Shown here one piece after another: positions 1-12,705 of a DNA stretch of 64,000 nt (positions are counted from its first letter, which is position 1; every line of letters starts with the position of its first letter). The position numbers and the translations under genes are program-made. Source of the DNA: Rhizodiscina lignyota (taxonomy: Eukaryota); NCBI GenBank assembly GCA_010015805.1, contig ML978129.1, positions 1,426,001 through 1,490,000 of the forward strand, written 5' to 3'. Below the pieces are notes generated by a model that did not search any database, was not told where the DNA came from, and saw only the letters and a program-made list of their open reading frames with translations.

Positions 1-1415
1 GACTTGTCATATCATGCTCCTTGAGATCGTCATGCTATTGCAATGGAGCACACTTGTGAGCAGCAGCAATGAACCGAAAGAGTCATTTGAGACTGCATCA
101 CCACAACAGCAGGAAAGCAATCCTCGCCAATCCTTTGTCCACTCCAGGCTCGCACGCAACTGAACCCCTGCTCCCACGTTTTTGCTGGCATGCCTCGATG
201 CTTGACCGCATGCGCAGGTTTCTTGAAGGAGTTGTGATCGTCGGAGGAGGGGTGGACTTGAGGGAAATTCATCGACCTCTTTCTTCATTAATGCACCTCT
301 GACTTGATGCCTTTTCTTTTATTTCCTTCTACTGCTTTGCGTGTTATTGCCACTGCTTTGAGTGGACTCGGCAGATTGTAAACTAAAGCTTTCGAATTGG
401 CAATTAATGTATACGTACAATAACCCTTTCAAGCAGTGCGATGCTTTTCCGATCGTAACTCCGGTACCTATGCTATCGCTTAGCCCAGCCTTCCAACATG
501 CATGCAGATGGACAGCCACCAACACTCTCGACCTTCACCATGCATAACTTGAATCCTCCCTAGTTAGAGATACATGAGGAGCACGTCAAATGGAACTCTC
601 ATTATCGCAATCGCACCGCAGAGCTCCGTCGGCTGAAAGCCATTGGTCAGTATGCTTGTAGTGGTCAGCGTTTCTAACAGATCTACAGCAGAGCGTCCCG
701 GGCTTCGAAACAAGCTCAATGATTACTTTCATACAGAGAGACCCGAAACATTGGATTGGACGGTCATCAATCCAATTCGTTTCGAAGGAGGCTCCTATCG
801 CAGTGCAGCCTCTTGCGCGAATAATTTTCTTCCATAAGCTCGTATTCGCTATACCAGACAACGCCCTCCACCGCAGTCGCACGCTCTCCTCCCGCTCGGA
901 GTGAGGCCCGATGTCCAGGTCGCAAATTGACTCCTTTGAAAAGTCCCGATGTACCCCTCACCACGCGCGATCGTCGTCTTATCCTCGAGATTGGTACAAA
1001 CTACACGCGAAGCCGTTAGTCACGGCGTGTCAGATCAGCGCTTGTCAGCGATTGCATGTGGAGATGGGCGTGGAGCTGGCACGGAGATGGTGCGCCAGAC
1101 GTTCCTTTGAGTAATTGAGTAAGCGTGAGATTTGGTTTAGCGTGCATTTGGTGGAACGTGGGCCTGAGGAGCCCTTTCGCCTTGGCCCTACAAAAGGCCT
1201 GGACCTCCCCCGTTGAATCTCGTCCGGTCGCTCTCGACTCTCCTCGTCTCACCGTACCCGCCTCAGGCTGACTTCTGTGCCGTTCTAACTCGCCGAGCGC
1301 CCTCTGTCCTACCGTACACCCTTTCTGCGGTTATTTTGCGTTCCTGGAGCCTTTCTGGACGCTCCAGAGTCCAATTGCCCAGCTTCCGCATAGTCTGGAG
1401 GTACCGAGGCTCAAG

Positions 1416-2933
1416 ATGCTCCGCCTACTCGACCTCCCTAACGAGGTCTTGGATATCACCTTTGGAAACCTTCGCCAACCCGAACTCTACAGCCTCTGCC
1501 TTGTGTGCCGAAGGACCTACGCGAGCGCAAAACCACACCTATACCGAGATGTCTCCATTACCGATCGCAAAGACTTCGCCGGCACCGGGACCCTGAACAA
1601 ACTTCGGTCCTTCTTGCTCACGATATGGAGGAACCCAAAGCTCGCCGAGTCTGTCACATCGCTGAAGATGCTCGATGCGCCGAATCGAACGAGTCCGAAG
1701 TTGCGCACTGAGGCCGATTGGCAGGCCCTGAAGCCATATACCCCTTTCCCAGCGCCTGGGGATGAACACGATCGGATAGTGTGTGAAGACTTGGTGGCCC
1801 TCAACGACAATGAGCTAGTTAAACACGTCGATTTTGTGAAGGACCCTCGCGGCGCTGAGTTCATGAGGACGCACTTGTCGGCGAACAGCCGATGCGGCTT
1901 GCTCGGACTGATCCTCAATCGTCTCAATTCGCGTGTGACCACATTGCGGATAGACATTGAGAGGAATACTGCTGGCTCGAAGATGGATCCCCCAATCAAC
2001 CCAACCACAGGGTGCACCCAAGACTTCGTCAATGCCAAGGACGTTACCGTGCGTGGCCACCAGGCGTTCACCCGCAACCTCGTTCCTATTGTCCAGGGCG
2101 ACGGCTATGCGTGGATGCCCGCGTTGCAGTCTCTTATCTTCGACAATCTCGTCATAAACGACCTCAGCCTGAAGCGTGGCGAAAAATACGCCGGCTTGGA
2201 GCATTTGACCATCACAAACTGCACGCTCGACTTTGACTTCTCAAACATCCTCACACCAAATCTACGTTCTCTTGCGATCGAGAACTGCACATACTCTCGA
2301 TCTGAGGTCCGCAATGGTCCCCTAGTCCAAGATTGGCCTTGCAAGGAATCGATCGAGTCTCTCACCATCACCGAGTCCGACATCCACGCCTCTGGTACTT
2401 TTGCAGGTTTCACCAATCTGAAGTATCTATCTATTGATACTGTACCATGGCTCGCAACAACCATCAACATGGACCGCGTTAGGAACCTCGAAACACTGCT
2501 GCCAGAAGGCCTGATCGGCTTGCACCTTGGCAACTGCTTCATGGATGAGTTCCCGCCAAGCGTACGAGTGTGCAAAGTCGTCGAGGAGCAGATGCTGGCC
2601 CTGCTCGCCTCCCGCAACGACGGGTCCCACCCGGACCTCGAATTCGTTGAAATCTCCGTGAACGGCCGTCACGACGGCCGCAGACATACGCCGCCGAAGC
2701 GTCAGATGAAGCTGAGGGAGAAGTTGCAGAAGGCCTTCCGCGACGCTGGGCCGATTGAAAACTCGAATGGTCAATTAGTGGAGATCTTCTTCACTATGCT
2801 GTGCTCATGTGTATGGGACTGCAAGCACGTCGAGCTCGTGACGGGCATTTCGGCGGAACAGATGCAAGCTTCGTGCTGGCTCGCACAGGAGCCGACGTTC
2901 AAGAGAGCTGGAGTTGCAGTTCCGGCTGCGTAA
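1416..2933 (+). CDS. F-box domain protein with LRR-like C-terminal region (505 aa, intronless)
   Basis: N-terminus LLDLPNEVLDITFGNL...LYSLCLVCRR fits the F-box consensus; later LxxLxI repeats (LEHLTIT, LRSLAIE, LKYLSID). Confidence 0.8.
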   Translation: MLRLLDLPNEVLDITFGNLRQPELYSLCLVCRRTYASAKPHLYRDVSITDRKDFAGTGTLNKLRSFLLTIWRNPKLAESVTSLKMLDAPNRTSPKLRTEADWQALKPYTPFPAPGDEHDRIVCEDLVALNDNELVKHVDFVKDPRGAEFMRTHLSANSRCGLLGLILNRLNSRVTTLRIDIERNTAGSKMDPPINPTTGCTQDFVNAKDVTVRGHQAFTRNLVPIVQGDGYAWMPALQSLIFDNLVINDLSLKRGEKYAGLEHLTITNCTLDFDFSNILTPNLRSLAIENCTYSRSEVRNGPLVQDWPCKESIESLTITESDIHASGTFAGFTNLKYLSIDTVPWLATTINMDRVRNLETLLPEGLIGLHLGNCFMDEFPPSVRVCKVVEEQMLALLASRNDGSHPDLEFVEISVNGRHDGRRHTPPKRQMKLREKLQKAFRDAGPIENSNGQLVEIFFTMLCSCVWDCKHVELVTGISAEQMQASCWLAQEPTFKRAGVAVPAA

Positions 2934-3403
2934 GTATAAAATGTTGTTTGGATATGTATCTGGGTCTGGGTATTGGTATGGATCTGGATCTGGGTTGGTT
3001 GGATGTAGATATTAGTGTATTGTATCTACGGAAAATACAAAAAGATATCAAATGTCCATGGTACGCTTGCTCCTGAAAATGCTGATGGCAAATCTCTCCA
3101 TTGTCGCTGCCAATAGGGGCATCCATCTCCAATAACGCCGTTTGTCTCCTCGCTATGTGTGCCGCACACTCCTCTGCCGAATCCGTCTCTGTCTGTCTTG
3201 CTTTGAAATGCAGACGCCCCCAACTTCGGTATCGCTTTTGATACCGCCCAAGTATCACGCCACTGGCCAGAGCTTTCATGGCGATATTTGGTCGGGCGCA
3301 ATTAATATCGCATGTCCCTCCAAAGAAGGGCAATGATCCGGCCTTCGCTTACTGCCCTCATCCAGCCAGTGTATTATCCTAACCCATTCCCCATCCTCAT
3401 GCG

Positions 3404-3880
3404 TCAGAAATCCGTGACGCGTCCGTTGTAGCTCCAATCCCCGTCCTTTCCCCACCTCAACGGCTCGTTCTTCGGCCCACCTACTTCCCCGGTCTTTGGA
3501 TTGACGTCGCCTTCGAACTCGGGTGCAGCGCCGCGGCGCACATTCGGGTGCAGTTCCTCGCCGTCGCCTCGCGCTGCTATCTTGGCTTTCAGCTCCTCCA
3601 GCGTCACGCTTGTGCCTCCTCCGCCTTCGGTTTCGTCGATTTTCTCGGGGTCTCGCTCAGCCGATGAGCTTGAATCAGAGGAGGGAGAGCGAGGCACAGC
3701 AAAGGCTCCAGCAGACTGAGAGTCTCGCAGCAGCTGCTCGAAGCGTTCTTGCTCCTCTTTCGGCAACCTCGGTGGTGATGGTTGCTGTGAGAAGGACGAC
3801 GGCTGGCGAAGCGACGTGGTGAAGGCACGGTGGACTGCCGGGTTGCGGATCGGTGCGCGGATGTGTCGCATTGATGCCAT
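3404..3880 (-). CDS. SDH8: Succinate dehydrogenase assembly factor 4 (DUF1674 family), mitochondrial
   Basis: Likely ATG 3880 (MASMRHIRAPIR, Arg/Ser-rich presequence); PPRLPKEEQERFE and C-terminal EFEGDVNPKTGEVGGPKNEPLRWG..GDWSYNGRVTDF are characteristic. Confidence 0.9.
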   Translation of the reverse strand: MASMRHIRAPIRNPAVHRAFTTSLRQPSSFSQQPSPPRLPKEEQERFEQLLRDSQSAGAFAVPRSPSSDSSSSAERDPEKIDETEGGGGTSVTLEELKAKIAARGDGEELHPNVRRGAAPEFEGDVNPKTGEVGGPKNEPLRWGKDGDWSYNGRVTDF

Positions 3881-4269
3881 TGCTGCAATCTTCAATTGAC
3901 TGTTCATGAGCTGAACTGCATGAGCCTTGAAAAGTTTCCGACTCAAAAGCGCGCCAAGAAGAGTATATATGCGCCGAACGCGCGGGTGCAGGTGGCGGAC
4001 CTCGCGCATTCCCGGGCTGGCCCATCGGCATCTCCCGGTGGCATGGGAATTTTTCAATCTGCCATTCAGATCTTCGATCGGGCTCAGATTGCGAGTTCCA
4101 ATGGACTGGATTGTGCATGTATGCCGGAGAAATTTTCCATTTACTTAGTCACAGAGCCTGATAGTGCCTCGCCGCCTCGTCACACGACCAATTTGCGCCC
4201 ATACGGAGTATATTCCGTGACATCACCTGGACTCCCGAGGTACGTCCTATCACCGCACTCAAACAAGCG

Positions 4270-7200
4270 TTAAATGGACACGAAGAAGCTCTTCTCCCCT
4301 TCCCTCGGCAGGACCAGACTCCTCTTAATAATCGGATCCGCACAGCTCACTCTGATCCTTTCCACAGTTGCTGGGCTTTGGAGCTTCAGCACCTCTGTCT
4401 CACCAAACTGCTTCCTCGCCGCCTTCAGTGCATCTCTGATGGCGAAGAAGACAGCACTGCCCATGAACAGCGGCGGCTCCCCAACTCCTCGACTGCGCTG
4501 AATGGTCCGCAGATTCTCCCAGTTCACGTCCTTCAGCAAGCTGACGTTAAACTCCTGTGGGATGTCTCTGAAGCCAGGGATCTTGTAGGCACCAGGGCCA
4601 CGGGTGAAGATTTGTCCAGATGCACGATGCCACAGCATCTCTTCGGTAGTGAAGAGGCCCTGGCCCTGGATGAATGCCCCCTCGATCTGGCCGTAGTCAA
4701 TTGCCGGGTTGATGCTTCGTCCCACATCCATTTTGATGTCCGCGCGGAGGCACGTCCAGTCGCCAGTCAGCGTGTCGATCTCAACTTCTGCGGCGGTAAC
4801 GCCTTGCGTGAAGTAGTAGAACATCTGCCCTGTATTTGGACCCCAGACGTATCCGATGTCGGGGGTCTTGTAGAAGCCATTGGCGCTAAGGTTTACGCGA
4901 TCGAAGTATGCGGCGTGTGCGATCTCTTTCATAGTAGCGTCAGGACCGAGTTTCTCGCGGTATGGTTGAAGACGCTCGTTTAGCTGTGCACAAGCATTCC
5001 AAATGGCGTAGCCGTTCAAGTCACTGGATGCAGATGCAGCAGTGGATGAGGCATTGGCAACAGTATTAGTTGCCGTCTCGCTGATGAAGACGTTCTCGGG
5101 CGGTACCTTGAGCGCCTCGGCCGCGATCATGATCATCTTCGTGTGTAAACCTTGGCCCATCTCTGTGCCACCATGGGCCAGCAACACGGAGCCATCGTGG
5201 TAGATGTGTACCAAAGCGCCAGCTTGATTGAGGAAGAGTGCTGTGAACGAGATACCAAATTTCGTAGGTATCAACGCGAGACCCCTCTTATTCCATTTGT
5301 GCGTCTTGTTGAAGTCCTCAATTTCAGCCCTACGGCGAGCATACTCCGACTCTTCTTGCACTTGCTTGTACATGAGTGGTACATACCAGTCCTTGAGCTC
5401 CTGGTTGAAATGCGTCTGCTCATTCGACTTATACATGTTGATCTGACGTAGCTTCTCCACGGGCATGCCCAGGTGGTCTGCAATCTCTTCCATGAAGGTT
5501 TCACAGATGAACATCCCCTGCGGGCCACCGAACCCCCGGAATGCAGTGTTGGAAACAGTATTCGTCTTTGCCAGGCGGCCACGGACAAATATATTGGGGA
5601 ACTTGTAGCACCCATCCACATGGCTTAGTGCTCGATCTACGACGGCGGCGCTGAGATCTTGACTCCAGCCAGCATTGTTGAACACATCGGCATCAAGTGC
5701 TTGCAGCTTGCCATCCTTGTTCACGCCGACCTTCCAATAGGCAAGGAATGGATGCCGTTGGCCGGAGGTCAAGATATCCTCGTCTCGATTCAGCATGCAC
5801 CGGACTGGTCTTCTGTGCTTGTGTGCGGCAGTCGCACAAATACCTGCGAGCTGGACCGATCTTGTTTCCTTGCCACCAAAGCCGCCCCCTAGACGTTTAA
5901 CTCGGCAGACGACTTTGTTGGCATCTACGCCTGTGAGCTTGGCGAGGTAGGCTTGTCTATCACATTGTTAACATTTATTCGTCTCGCGAGCTCGAACGAC
6001 TTACGTTTCGCTAGCGTTCTGAGTGCTGGAGAATATCTCAAGCTCTCCATCTTCAGGTTTCGGCACAATCACACAGGCCATCGTCTCTAGATAGAAGTGC
6101 TCTTGCCCGCCCATCCTTGCCGTACCGGTGAAGACATGATCGGAGTTCTTGAAACCTGCTTCCACATCACCCTTCTGGATGTATCTGTAATGATCAAAAT
6201 AACTCTCTTTCTCGATAGCTTCCTCGATCGTAAAAATAGCAGGAAGATCTTCGTATTCGATCTTCACTGCTCTGGCACCGGCCTCGGCGTGCTTCGCGGT
6301 GTCTGCGAGAATGATCCCAATCGGCTGGCCAGCTGTGAATACTTCATCGACAGCAAAGAAAACCTCATCACAGTTCGGTGCGCCCCACCAATTCGCCTTT
6401 GGGTCCTGCACGTCTTCATGGGAGACGAAGTCAAAAACGCCAGGTAGTTCCAAAGCCGGGGAAGCATTGACGCTGATAAGCTTGGCATGTGCCTTTGTGG
6501 ATAGCACCAAACAACCGTACAGCTCGTTTTGCTGGTGAGGAATATCGTCGGTGTATTGTGCTTCTCCAGTACACTGCTTCATAGCAGAGACGTGCTCCTT
6601 CTCTTTGCCGAGAATCTTCTGCTCGTACGCAACGCTGGACTTGTGGTCTTTCTTTCCAAAAGATATCACACGCTCGATTTCGCCCACAGCTTCTCGGTCG
6701 ATCTGCTCTTCCTCTACAGCAATCTGCGAAAGCACCTCATGATAGAATTTATAAAAGAACCCCAGAGCTAGGCTCTTCCTGTAGGTTGCCATTCCACCTG
6801 GCACGCCGAATCGTAGGTCGAAGTCTTGCTCCAAGGCATTCATAACGCCTTCCAGAGTCTGTGGATCAGTGAACTTCTTTCCAACGAGATACTCGTTTGC
6901 TTTCTTTGCCGCAATTGTGGTAGGAGCCATGCCACCATAGATCAGATCCGCAGCATCTACAGTGTGCGCTTCGCTAAGCTTTACCCGTAGCGCAGCATTT
7001 ACGATGGCGATATCGTCGTCCTTCCGTTTAGCTTGCTTGTAGGCACGAATGTACTCTCCTCTGTCCTTCGCCACTGGAATACGGATGGATGCGATGATTG
7101 CATCTGGCGGCAATGAGGTCACACGGTAGGCCTTGAAGAAAGAGGACATTGGGAGTTCGGTCGTGCCTTCTAAGCTCTTGGCTATGATCACCGCGTTGGA

Positions 7201-8403
7201 GGCGACAAAGACCGGATTCAGGTCAGATATAGGTGAGGCCGTGGCGAGATTGCCGGCTGGCGTACCGACATTCCGAATCTGCCGTCCAGCGAAGTATCGA
7301 ATTTGCTTCAGGATTGCTGCAAAAGGCTGCCCTCGTGCCTCGCCATAGTGCTCGATCGCTTCCTTGGCAATACACTCAAGGTCAGTCAGGACAACATTGC
7401 CACCGATCTCGAGATACTCATCATCGAGTGAGTACTGTCTCAATTCAGCAATGTCACCGACAAATACAGAAGATGCGTAATTCATTGCTTTGAACTTCGT
7501 CTCGATTTGAGTCTCTGTGCTCCCGCCGATAACTTTGGCAGAAGGGTAGTAGTGCTTGATCTGCAGGAGTTGTTGCAGAGTGGCGGGCCTGAACCATTTC
7601 TTTCTCTTGGTTCCAAAGACAAGTGGCTTAAAGTCATGCTTTCGAAGCGCAGGTGGGAAGATGAGTTCGGTGTCAGGCTTGTATTCAATGAATCCAGGAG
7701 GGGTGAAACGCTTGATCGGTTGGTCATTAGCATCTCCGTCGGTACCACTCTTGCAGCAGGCACCTCCGTTCACGCCATCTGTTCCGTTCTCCATGCAGCA
7801 TCCGCTTCCGCCATTCGAGGTCGCTTTGCCACAAGTCTTCTCAATGCTGAATGTCTGTGCCGCATCGAGAATTGGTCGGTAGCCAGTGCAGCGGCATAGA
7901 TTGCCATCAAAAGCTTCCTCAATTTCGTGTGTAGTAGGGTCAGTGTTGTTGCGAAGAAGTGCATACAAGCTCATGACGATGCCCGGTGTGCAGAATCCGC
8001 ACTGACTGCCATTGCTCTTTGCGATCCTCTCCTGTGTTGGGTGAGGCTTCTTGACATTGCCAATGCCCTCGACAGTGATGACATGCTTCCCATCCACGCT
8101 GACTAGCGGTGCTAGGCAAGCATTCACCGACGCATGGTATATGCTTTTCGTGGTTGGATTGTATTGCGATACCACCACTGTACAGGCACCACAGCCTCCT
8201 TCAGCACATCCAAGCTTTGTCCCCGTCAACCCAATTCCTCTCAAGTATTCGAGTAAAGTGACTTCGGGATCGGCATTGTCAAGTGTAACTTTCGTGCCAT
8301 TGAGGTAGAATCGGAGAGTATCGTCGTAATCGAGGGTGAGGTTTTCCAGGGATTGTCTGAGGTCTTTCGACACGGCTGGTTCATCAACTACACCAGGTGC
8401 CAT
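4270..8403 (-). CDS. hxA: Xanthine dehydrogenase (2 exons; intron 5957-6004)
   Basis: 2Fe-2S motifs GCAEGGCGAC and SQCGFCTPG; FAD domain; Moco motifs GGGFGGKE, AFRGFGGPQG and GVGEPPL; a GTAAGT..TAG intron joins the two ORFs in frame. Confidence 0.97.
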
Positions 8404-9114
8404 CTTGAAATCGTTCGAAGCCTGTGGGTACTTTGAACACGACTCGAGATTAGTAGTACCTCATTGGACAGCGGTCTGGTTCGACGCCACCCTGGCTTAA
8501 ACAGGACTTAACAGAATTGCGAGAATTGGAATTAAGATATATGAAATGGAATGAGACAGTAGAAGGTATACAAACTACTTTCGCTTCGATTTAGAAGAAG
8601 CGCGAGAAGATTACAGGGTCAGCATGGTTCTAATATGTCTGTTATCGCGGGGTGAGAGCCGTCTTCGCGATTCGCCTGACTCCGATGCCAAGAGATCGAG
8701 ATCCACTAGCTCTTTTAGGATAAGATATCAATTTAGGGCAGGCTCTTCAGTATCCTTGTGTCGATCTTTGACATATGAGATCACCCTCATTTGTTCTTCA
8801 CGCTCTCCGTACATACTTACTACAGACAGGCGCTCTATGATGATGAAGCACTACAGAGAGATGCCTACCCGTACAAATTAGCGACTTCGTCGTTCAGAGG
8901 GAAGACAGCTAGTTCATCTTTCTAATTGCTGACTTTCCGGCAGCGGTATGTAAGCAGGATGAACTGTAAAAACTCATGCTATTGTTCTCCAATTTGGTTT
9001 GATGTTATGCATAAGTTGAGGGATCATCCTCTGCCATTGACACTCCACCAGGTCGCATTGTCAAGCCGAAACATACGCTCTCTTCTTCTCTAACCTATCA
9101 ATAACATTTTCCTT

Positions 9115-10308
9115 TTAATTCTGACTCGGTTCTTTCACGGCTTTGTATATCAATCTTGCAGAGACCTCGCGCAACAATGGCGACCCAGCCATCGTTGTAC
9201 CGCTGATTATATTAATGAAGCCTATGACAATCATGTCGTTGACTGGATCAATCCAAAACCAGGTTCCATATAGGCCACCCCAGAAGTAACTTTCAAGCGG
9301 CTGTCCTGTTTTCAACGCTGGATCTTGAACGATAGCATAACCTAATCCGAAGCCGAGCCCATCAAGCTTATGGCGACCGAGCATCATACTTGTGCCTGGT
9401 TCGAGGACATTGGAGTGCATCATCTCGACCGTGCTTGCTTTCAGGTAGTGCTTGCCTTCGAATTCACCGCCGTTGAGAATCATCTGCGAGAACCGCCAGT
9501 AGTCTTTGACTGTGGAGAGCATGAGACCGCCTCCAGCCCCAAGGAATTTAGGCCTCGAGGTATTGTACGTGCCTGGGAGATCGATGGTAACGAGTTTGCC
9601 GTTGTCGTCGGGCTTGTGGTTGTTTACGAGTCGGTCCACCTTTGACGGAGGCAGTACAAATCCGGAATCGACCATGCCCAATGGCGCGAATATACGCTCC
9701 TCGAGAAATACATCCACGAACTGACCGGTAAGCTTCTGCATGATATAGCCCTGGATGTCAACGCTTGGTCCGTACCGCCAGCCTTTGCCGGGCTGAAAGA
9801 ACAAAGGCTGCTGGGCCAGGAAGTCAATCATATCCTGCAGATCACCATCCCGCAGATCGGGGTATTCTTGTCTTCCACCGAAGCCTGCAGAATGGCTCAT
9901 GAGCTGTCTCATCGTCATCGGTGATGCTTGTGGGACAAGTTCGCCGTCGTCCTGCTTGACCTTGAGGCCTTCGAACTCTGGGATGAACTTGGACACTGGA
10001 TCTTCGAGTGCCCACTTGCCCTCTTCCCAGAGCATCATCATTGCCGCGGCAGTAATCGGTTTGGTCATGGATGCGATGCGGAAGATGCTGTCAGTCTTTA
10101 CTGGAACTGGCGGTGTCTTTGAAACGTCGAGCACACCGTAGGCATCGCAATTTACGATCTCGCCATGCCGAGCGATCAGAGTGACGATATTTGCCTGCTT
10201 ACCCTCATCTACCACCGCATGCATTCGGGCATTGAATTCTGCAAGGCCCTCTTTGGTGATGCCCTGGATTGTGTCGGTATTCGTTCCAGTAGGACCATTG
10301 GCCGACAT
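9115..10308 (-). CDS. Beta-lactamase/transpeptidase-like serine hydrolase (class C / family VIII esterase-like), intronless
   Basis: SxxK in FRIASMTK, LMSHSAG, PG..WRYG and WGGLYGTWFWIDP. Confidence 0.9.
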   Translation of the reverse strand: MSANGPTGTNTDTIQGITKEGLAEFNARMHAVVDEGKQANIVTLIARHGEIVNCDAYGVLDVSKTPPVPVKTDSIFRIASMTKPITAAAMMMLWEEGKWALEDPVSKFIPEFEGLKVKQDDGELVPQASPMTMRQLMSHSAGFGGRQEYPDLRDGDLQDMIDFLAQQPLFFQPGKGWRYGPSVDIQGYIMQKLTGQFVDVFLEERIFAPLGMVDSGFVLPPSKVDRLVNNHKPDDNGKLVTIDLPGTYNTSRPKFLGAGGGLMLSTVKDYWRFSQMILNGGEFEGKHYLKASTVEMMHSNVLEPGTSMMLGRHKLDGLGFGLGYAIVQDPALKTGQPLESYFWGGLYGTWFWIDPVNDMIVIGFINIISGTTMAGSPLLREVSARLIYKAVKEPSQN

Positions 10309-10818
10309 ATTGACCCAATTTGTCTTGCTTGTCTTCTAAAAATGTGTACTTGGCTAGAGAAGAATACCGATCAGTTTTTAACTTCGGCTGGTGGAGAGAA
10401 ATGCTGTTGAAGTTGGCAGCCTGGAGAGGTTTCCGTCTAAATTTAGCCAAATAATCGGCGGTCTTCGACTTTGGACACCAGGAGCGCTGGCGCATCCTCA
10501 GAGCCTTAAGAAGTCTAGCGATGAGAGATATTCAGCTAACCGCATATAGAAATTGAATAGGAGAAACTGCTTTTGAGAAAAAATCTACTCGAAGGGTATT
10601 ATGACAAGCAAAAGCGTTTTAATGAAGAGAATGTGGGCGTCAAAACAATCCGGTCAGCAAAGTGTCCAATCATACGAAGGTAAATGAAGAGGCGCATATG
10701 CCCCACCACGACACCGGTCGCAGGCTAATATGAATCGTGCGCTTCATTATAATATGCCGTTTCTTCTGCTTCGAATGGTTCCGCCCCTTCGCCCAACATA
10801 ACCGTTGTAGACTGTGTC

Positions 10819-12705
10819 ATGGAGCAGACTAATTCTTATCTGTATCATCCGGTCCAGCCCGGCCAGCTTCGACTGTGCCGCTTTCTTCAGGATGGAGACT
10901 ACTTATCCGCAGTTCTTAAGACATTCTCAGCCGACAGGCTACTTCCCCATTACAATGCTCTTTCCTATACTTGGGCTTTGCATCGAACGAGTCCAACGAA
11001 AAGTTTGACCATCCAGATCGGAGAACAACATCTCCCAGTCCTTGATTCGTTACAGCCTTTCTTTCAGACTTTGAGGTTGAAGGGCACTTTGCTAGATGGC
11101 ACATGGTGGTGGATCGATTCAATCTGCATCGACCAAACAAATACTCGCGAGAGGGGCGAACACGTTCAGCGTATGAAGCACACCTACCAGAATGCTCACA
11201 AAGTGATCGTTTGGCTGGGCGAGCAGTCAGACGACAGTGACTATGCTATAGACTTCATCCAGTTTCTCCATAGGATGAGTCGAGCCAGTTACACTGATGG
11301 AGACATGCGCACGATTTTACAGAAGGATCAGTATCATCCAAAGTGGATCGCGCTCAGAAACTTCTTCCTTCGGAAATGGTGGACTAGAATGTGGACGATA
11401 CAAGAGTTCGTGATACCGTCAAGTATTTCATTCTGGTGTGGAATGCGAAATATCAGCAGGACCGCTGTATGTGCCGCTCTGTGGATCGCGGACAGATGTA
11501 ACTCTACTGGATTCAAAGACACCATCGCCTTTCACCATGCATGGAATCGAAGAAGGGCATGGCTACTATACAAGATTGTGCACAAGCCGGGAAAAGATCT
11601 GAGCCTATCTCTCCTAGCTTTGGCGGCATATTTTTGTAGTAACGAGGCCACAGATGACCGAGATCGGCTGTATGGTCTTAATGCGCTATCCACAGAGTAT
11701 CGTGCTCTCAACATCAATTACTCTTGGAGTGTCGACGAAGTCTACTTGCAATTTACACAATCTTTCATCACACAGCACAAGTCGCTAGATATCATAAGTT
11801 TTGCTTCCTTATTCAGCGCTTCAGCCGGCTCTTCGCTACCGTCCTGGGTCCCCGATTGGCGACAAAGGATACAGCCTCTGGTCGTTCCTTTAATGGTGAG
11901 TCAAAGTTCAGGTAACCACGTGGGAAGCCTTCGGCCGCCAGGGACCCTTGAATATGGCGACAAATCAATTCGCTACTCGGCATCTAAGACCAGGGCGGCT
12001 GTGTATGAATTCAAGGGCTCGTCACTTGTCGTTCGTGGATCCATCATTGATGTAGTCGATGGACTAGCTGGATCCCGGAATTTCGAATTCGTTCAAAGCT
12101 CGGAACCACACTCTACACAGTGCTCTGGTGCTGCATGCTCACTAACGGATATTCTTACAAGTGTGTGCAGAAGCTTGGTCCTCGATCGAAAGGATCGATA
12201 TCTGCGATATACTATGCCTACGGAACAGTTCTATTACGACTTTATATGCTTGTGTTTGCGTCTCATATCGGAATCACCACATCCCGTTCCCAAGGAGTTC
12301 CAGGAATGGTTTAAGTGGACACGACTGCTTCGCATTCACCGGAACAGCTTCGAGAACATCTTACGCGACGGTTATCAAGCCGATATTGATTTATTCCTCA
12401 ACTCCGCTCCGAATCAAGACGAATATATCCAAGACACCTTCTGTGGTCGATTCTTTGATACTGTTAAAAGAATGTCACTGCGTTTGATGACGAGCCGCAA
12501 CGGTCGTGTCGGGATGGTCCCAGAGAAAGCGGTGAAGGGAGACCTGATTTGCATCCTTTTCGGATGCAGTGTTCCTGTTTTACTGCGGAGAACTGAGCAC
12601 GAAGACCAATTCACTATCGCAGGAGAATGTTTTCTAGATGGGTGTATGGTAGGCGAAGCTTTGGGACAGAGAGACTTCTTGGAGAGGACATTTTGTATCA
12701 TATAA
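10819..12705 (+). CDS. Heterokaryon incompatibility (HET-6-like) domain protein
   Basis: HET blocks YNALSYTW, WWWIDSICIDQ, VIVWLG and WWTRMWTIQE; ATDDRDRLYGL; LPSWVPDW; C-terminal GDLICILFGCSVPVLLR..GECFLDG. Confidence 0.92.
   Translation: MEQTNSYLYHPVQPGQLRLCRFLQDGDYLSAVLKTFSADRLLPHYNALSYTWALHRTSPTKSLTIQIGEQHLPVLDSLQPFFQTLRLKGTLLDGTWWWIDSICIDQTNTRERGEHVQRMKHTYQNAHKVIVWLGEQSDDSDYAIDFIQFLHRMSRASYTDGDMRTILQKDQYHPKWIALRNFFLRKWWTRMWTIQEFVIPSSISFWCGMRNISRTAVCAALWIADRCNSTGFKDTIAFHHAWNRRRAWLLYKIVHKPGKDLSLSLLALAAYFCSNEATDDRDRLYGLNALSTEYRALNINYSWSVDEVYLQFTQSFITQHKSLDIISFASLFSASAGSSLPSWVPDWRQRIQPLVVPLMVSQSSGNHVGSLRPPGTLEYGDKSIRYSASKTRAAVYEFKGSSLVVRGSIIDVVDGLAGSRNFEFVQSSEPHSTQCSGAACSLTDILTSVCRSLVLDRKDRYLRYTMPTEQFYYDFICLCLRLISESPHPVPKEFQEWFKWTRLLRIHRNSFENILRDGYQADIDLFLNSAPNQDEYIQDTFCGRFFDTVKRMSLRLMTSRNGRVGMVPEKAVKGDLICILFGCSVPVLLRRTEHEDQFTIAGECFLDGCMVGEALGQRDFLERTFCII

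Noticed and set aside
1..1400. Short ORFs at the window start
   Set aside because: No motifs or coherent splice model; treated as intergenic.
2950..3012. Degenerate 6-bp (GGATCT-like) repeat after the F-box gene
   Set aside because: Ordinary low-complexity 3' UTR sequence.
8640..8730. GATA sites upstream of XDH (AreA control)
   Set aside because: Biologically plausible but too short to distinguish from chance; no TCGG-N6-CCGA UaY site was spotted.
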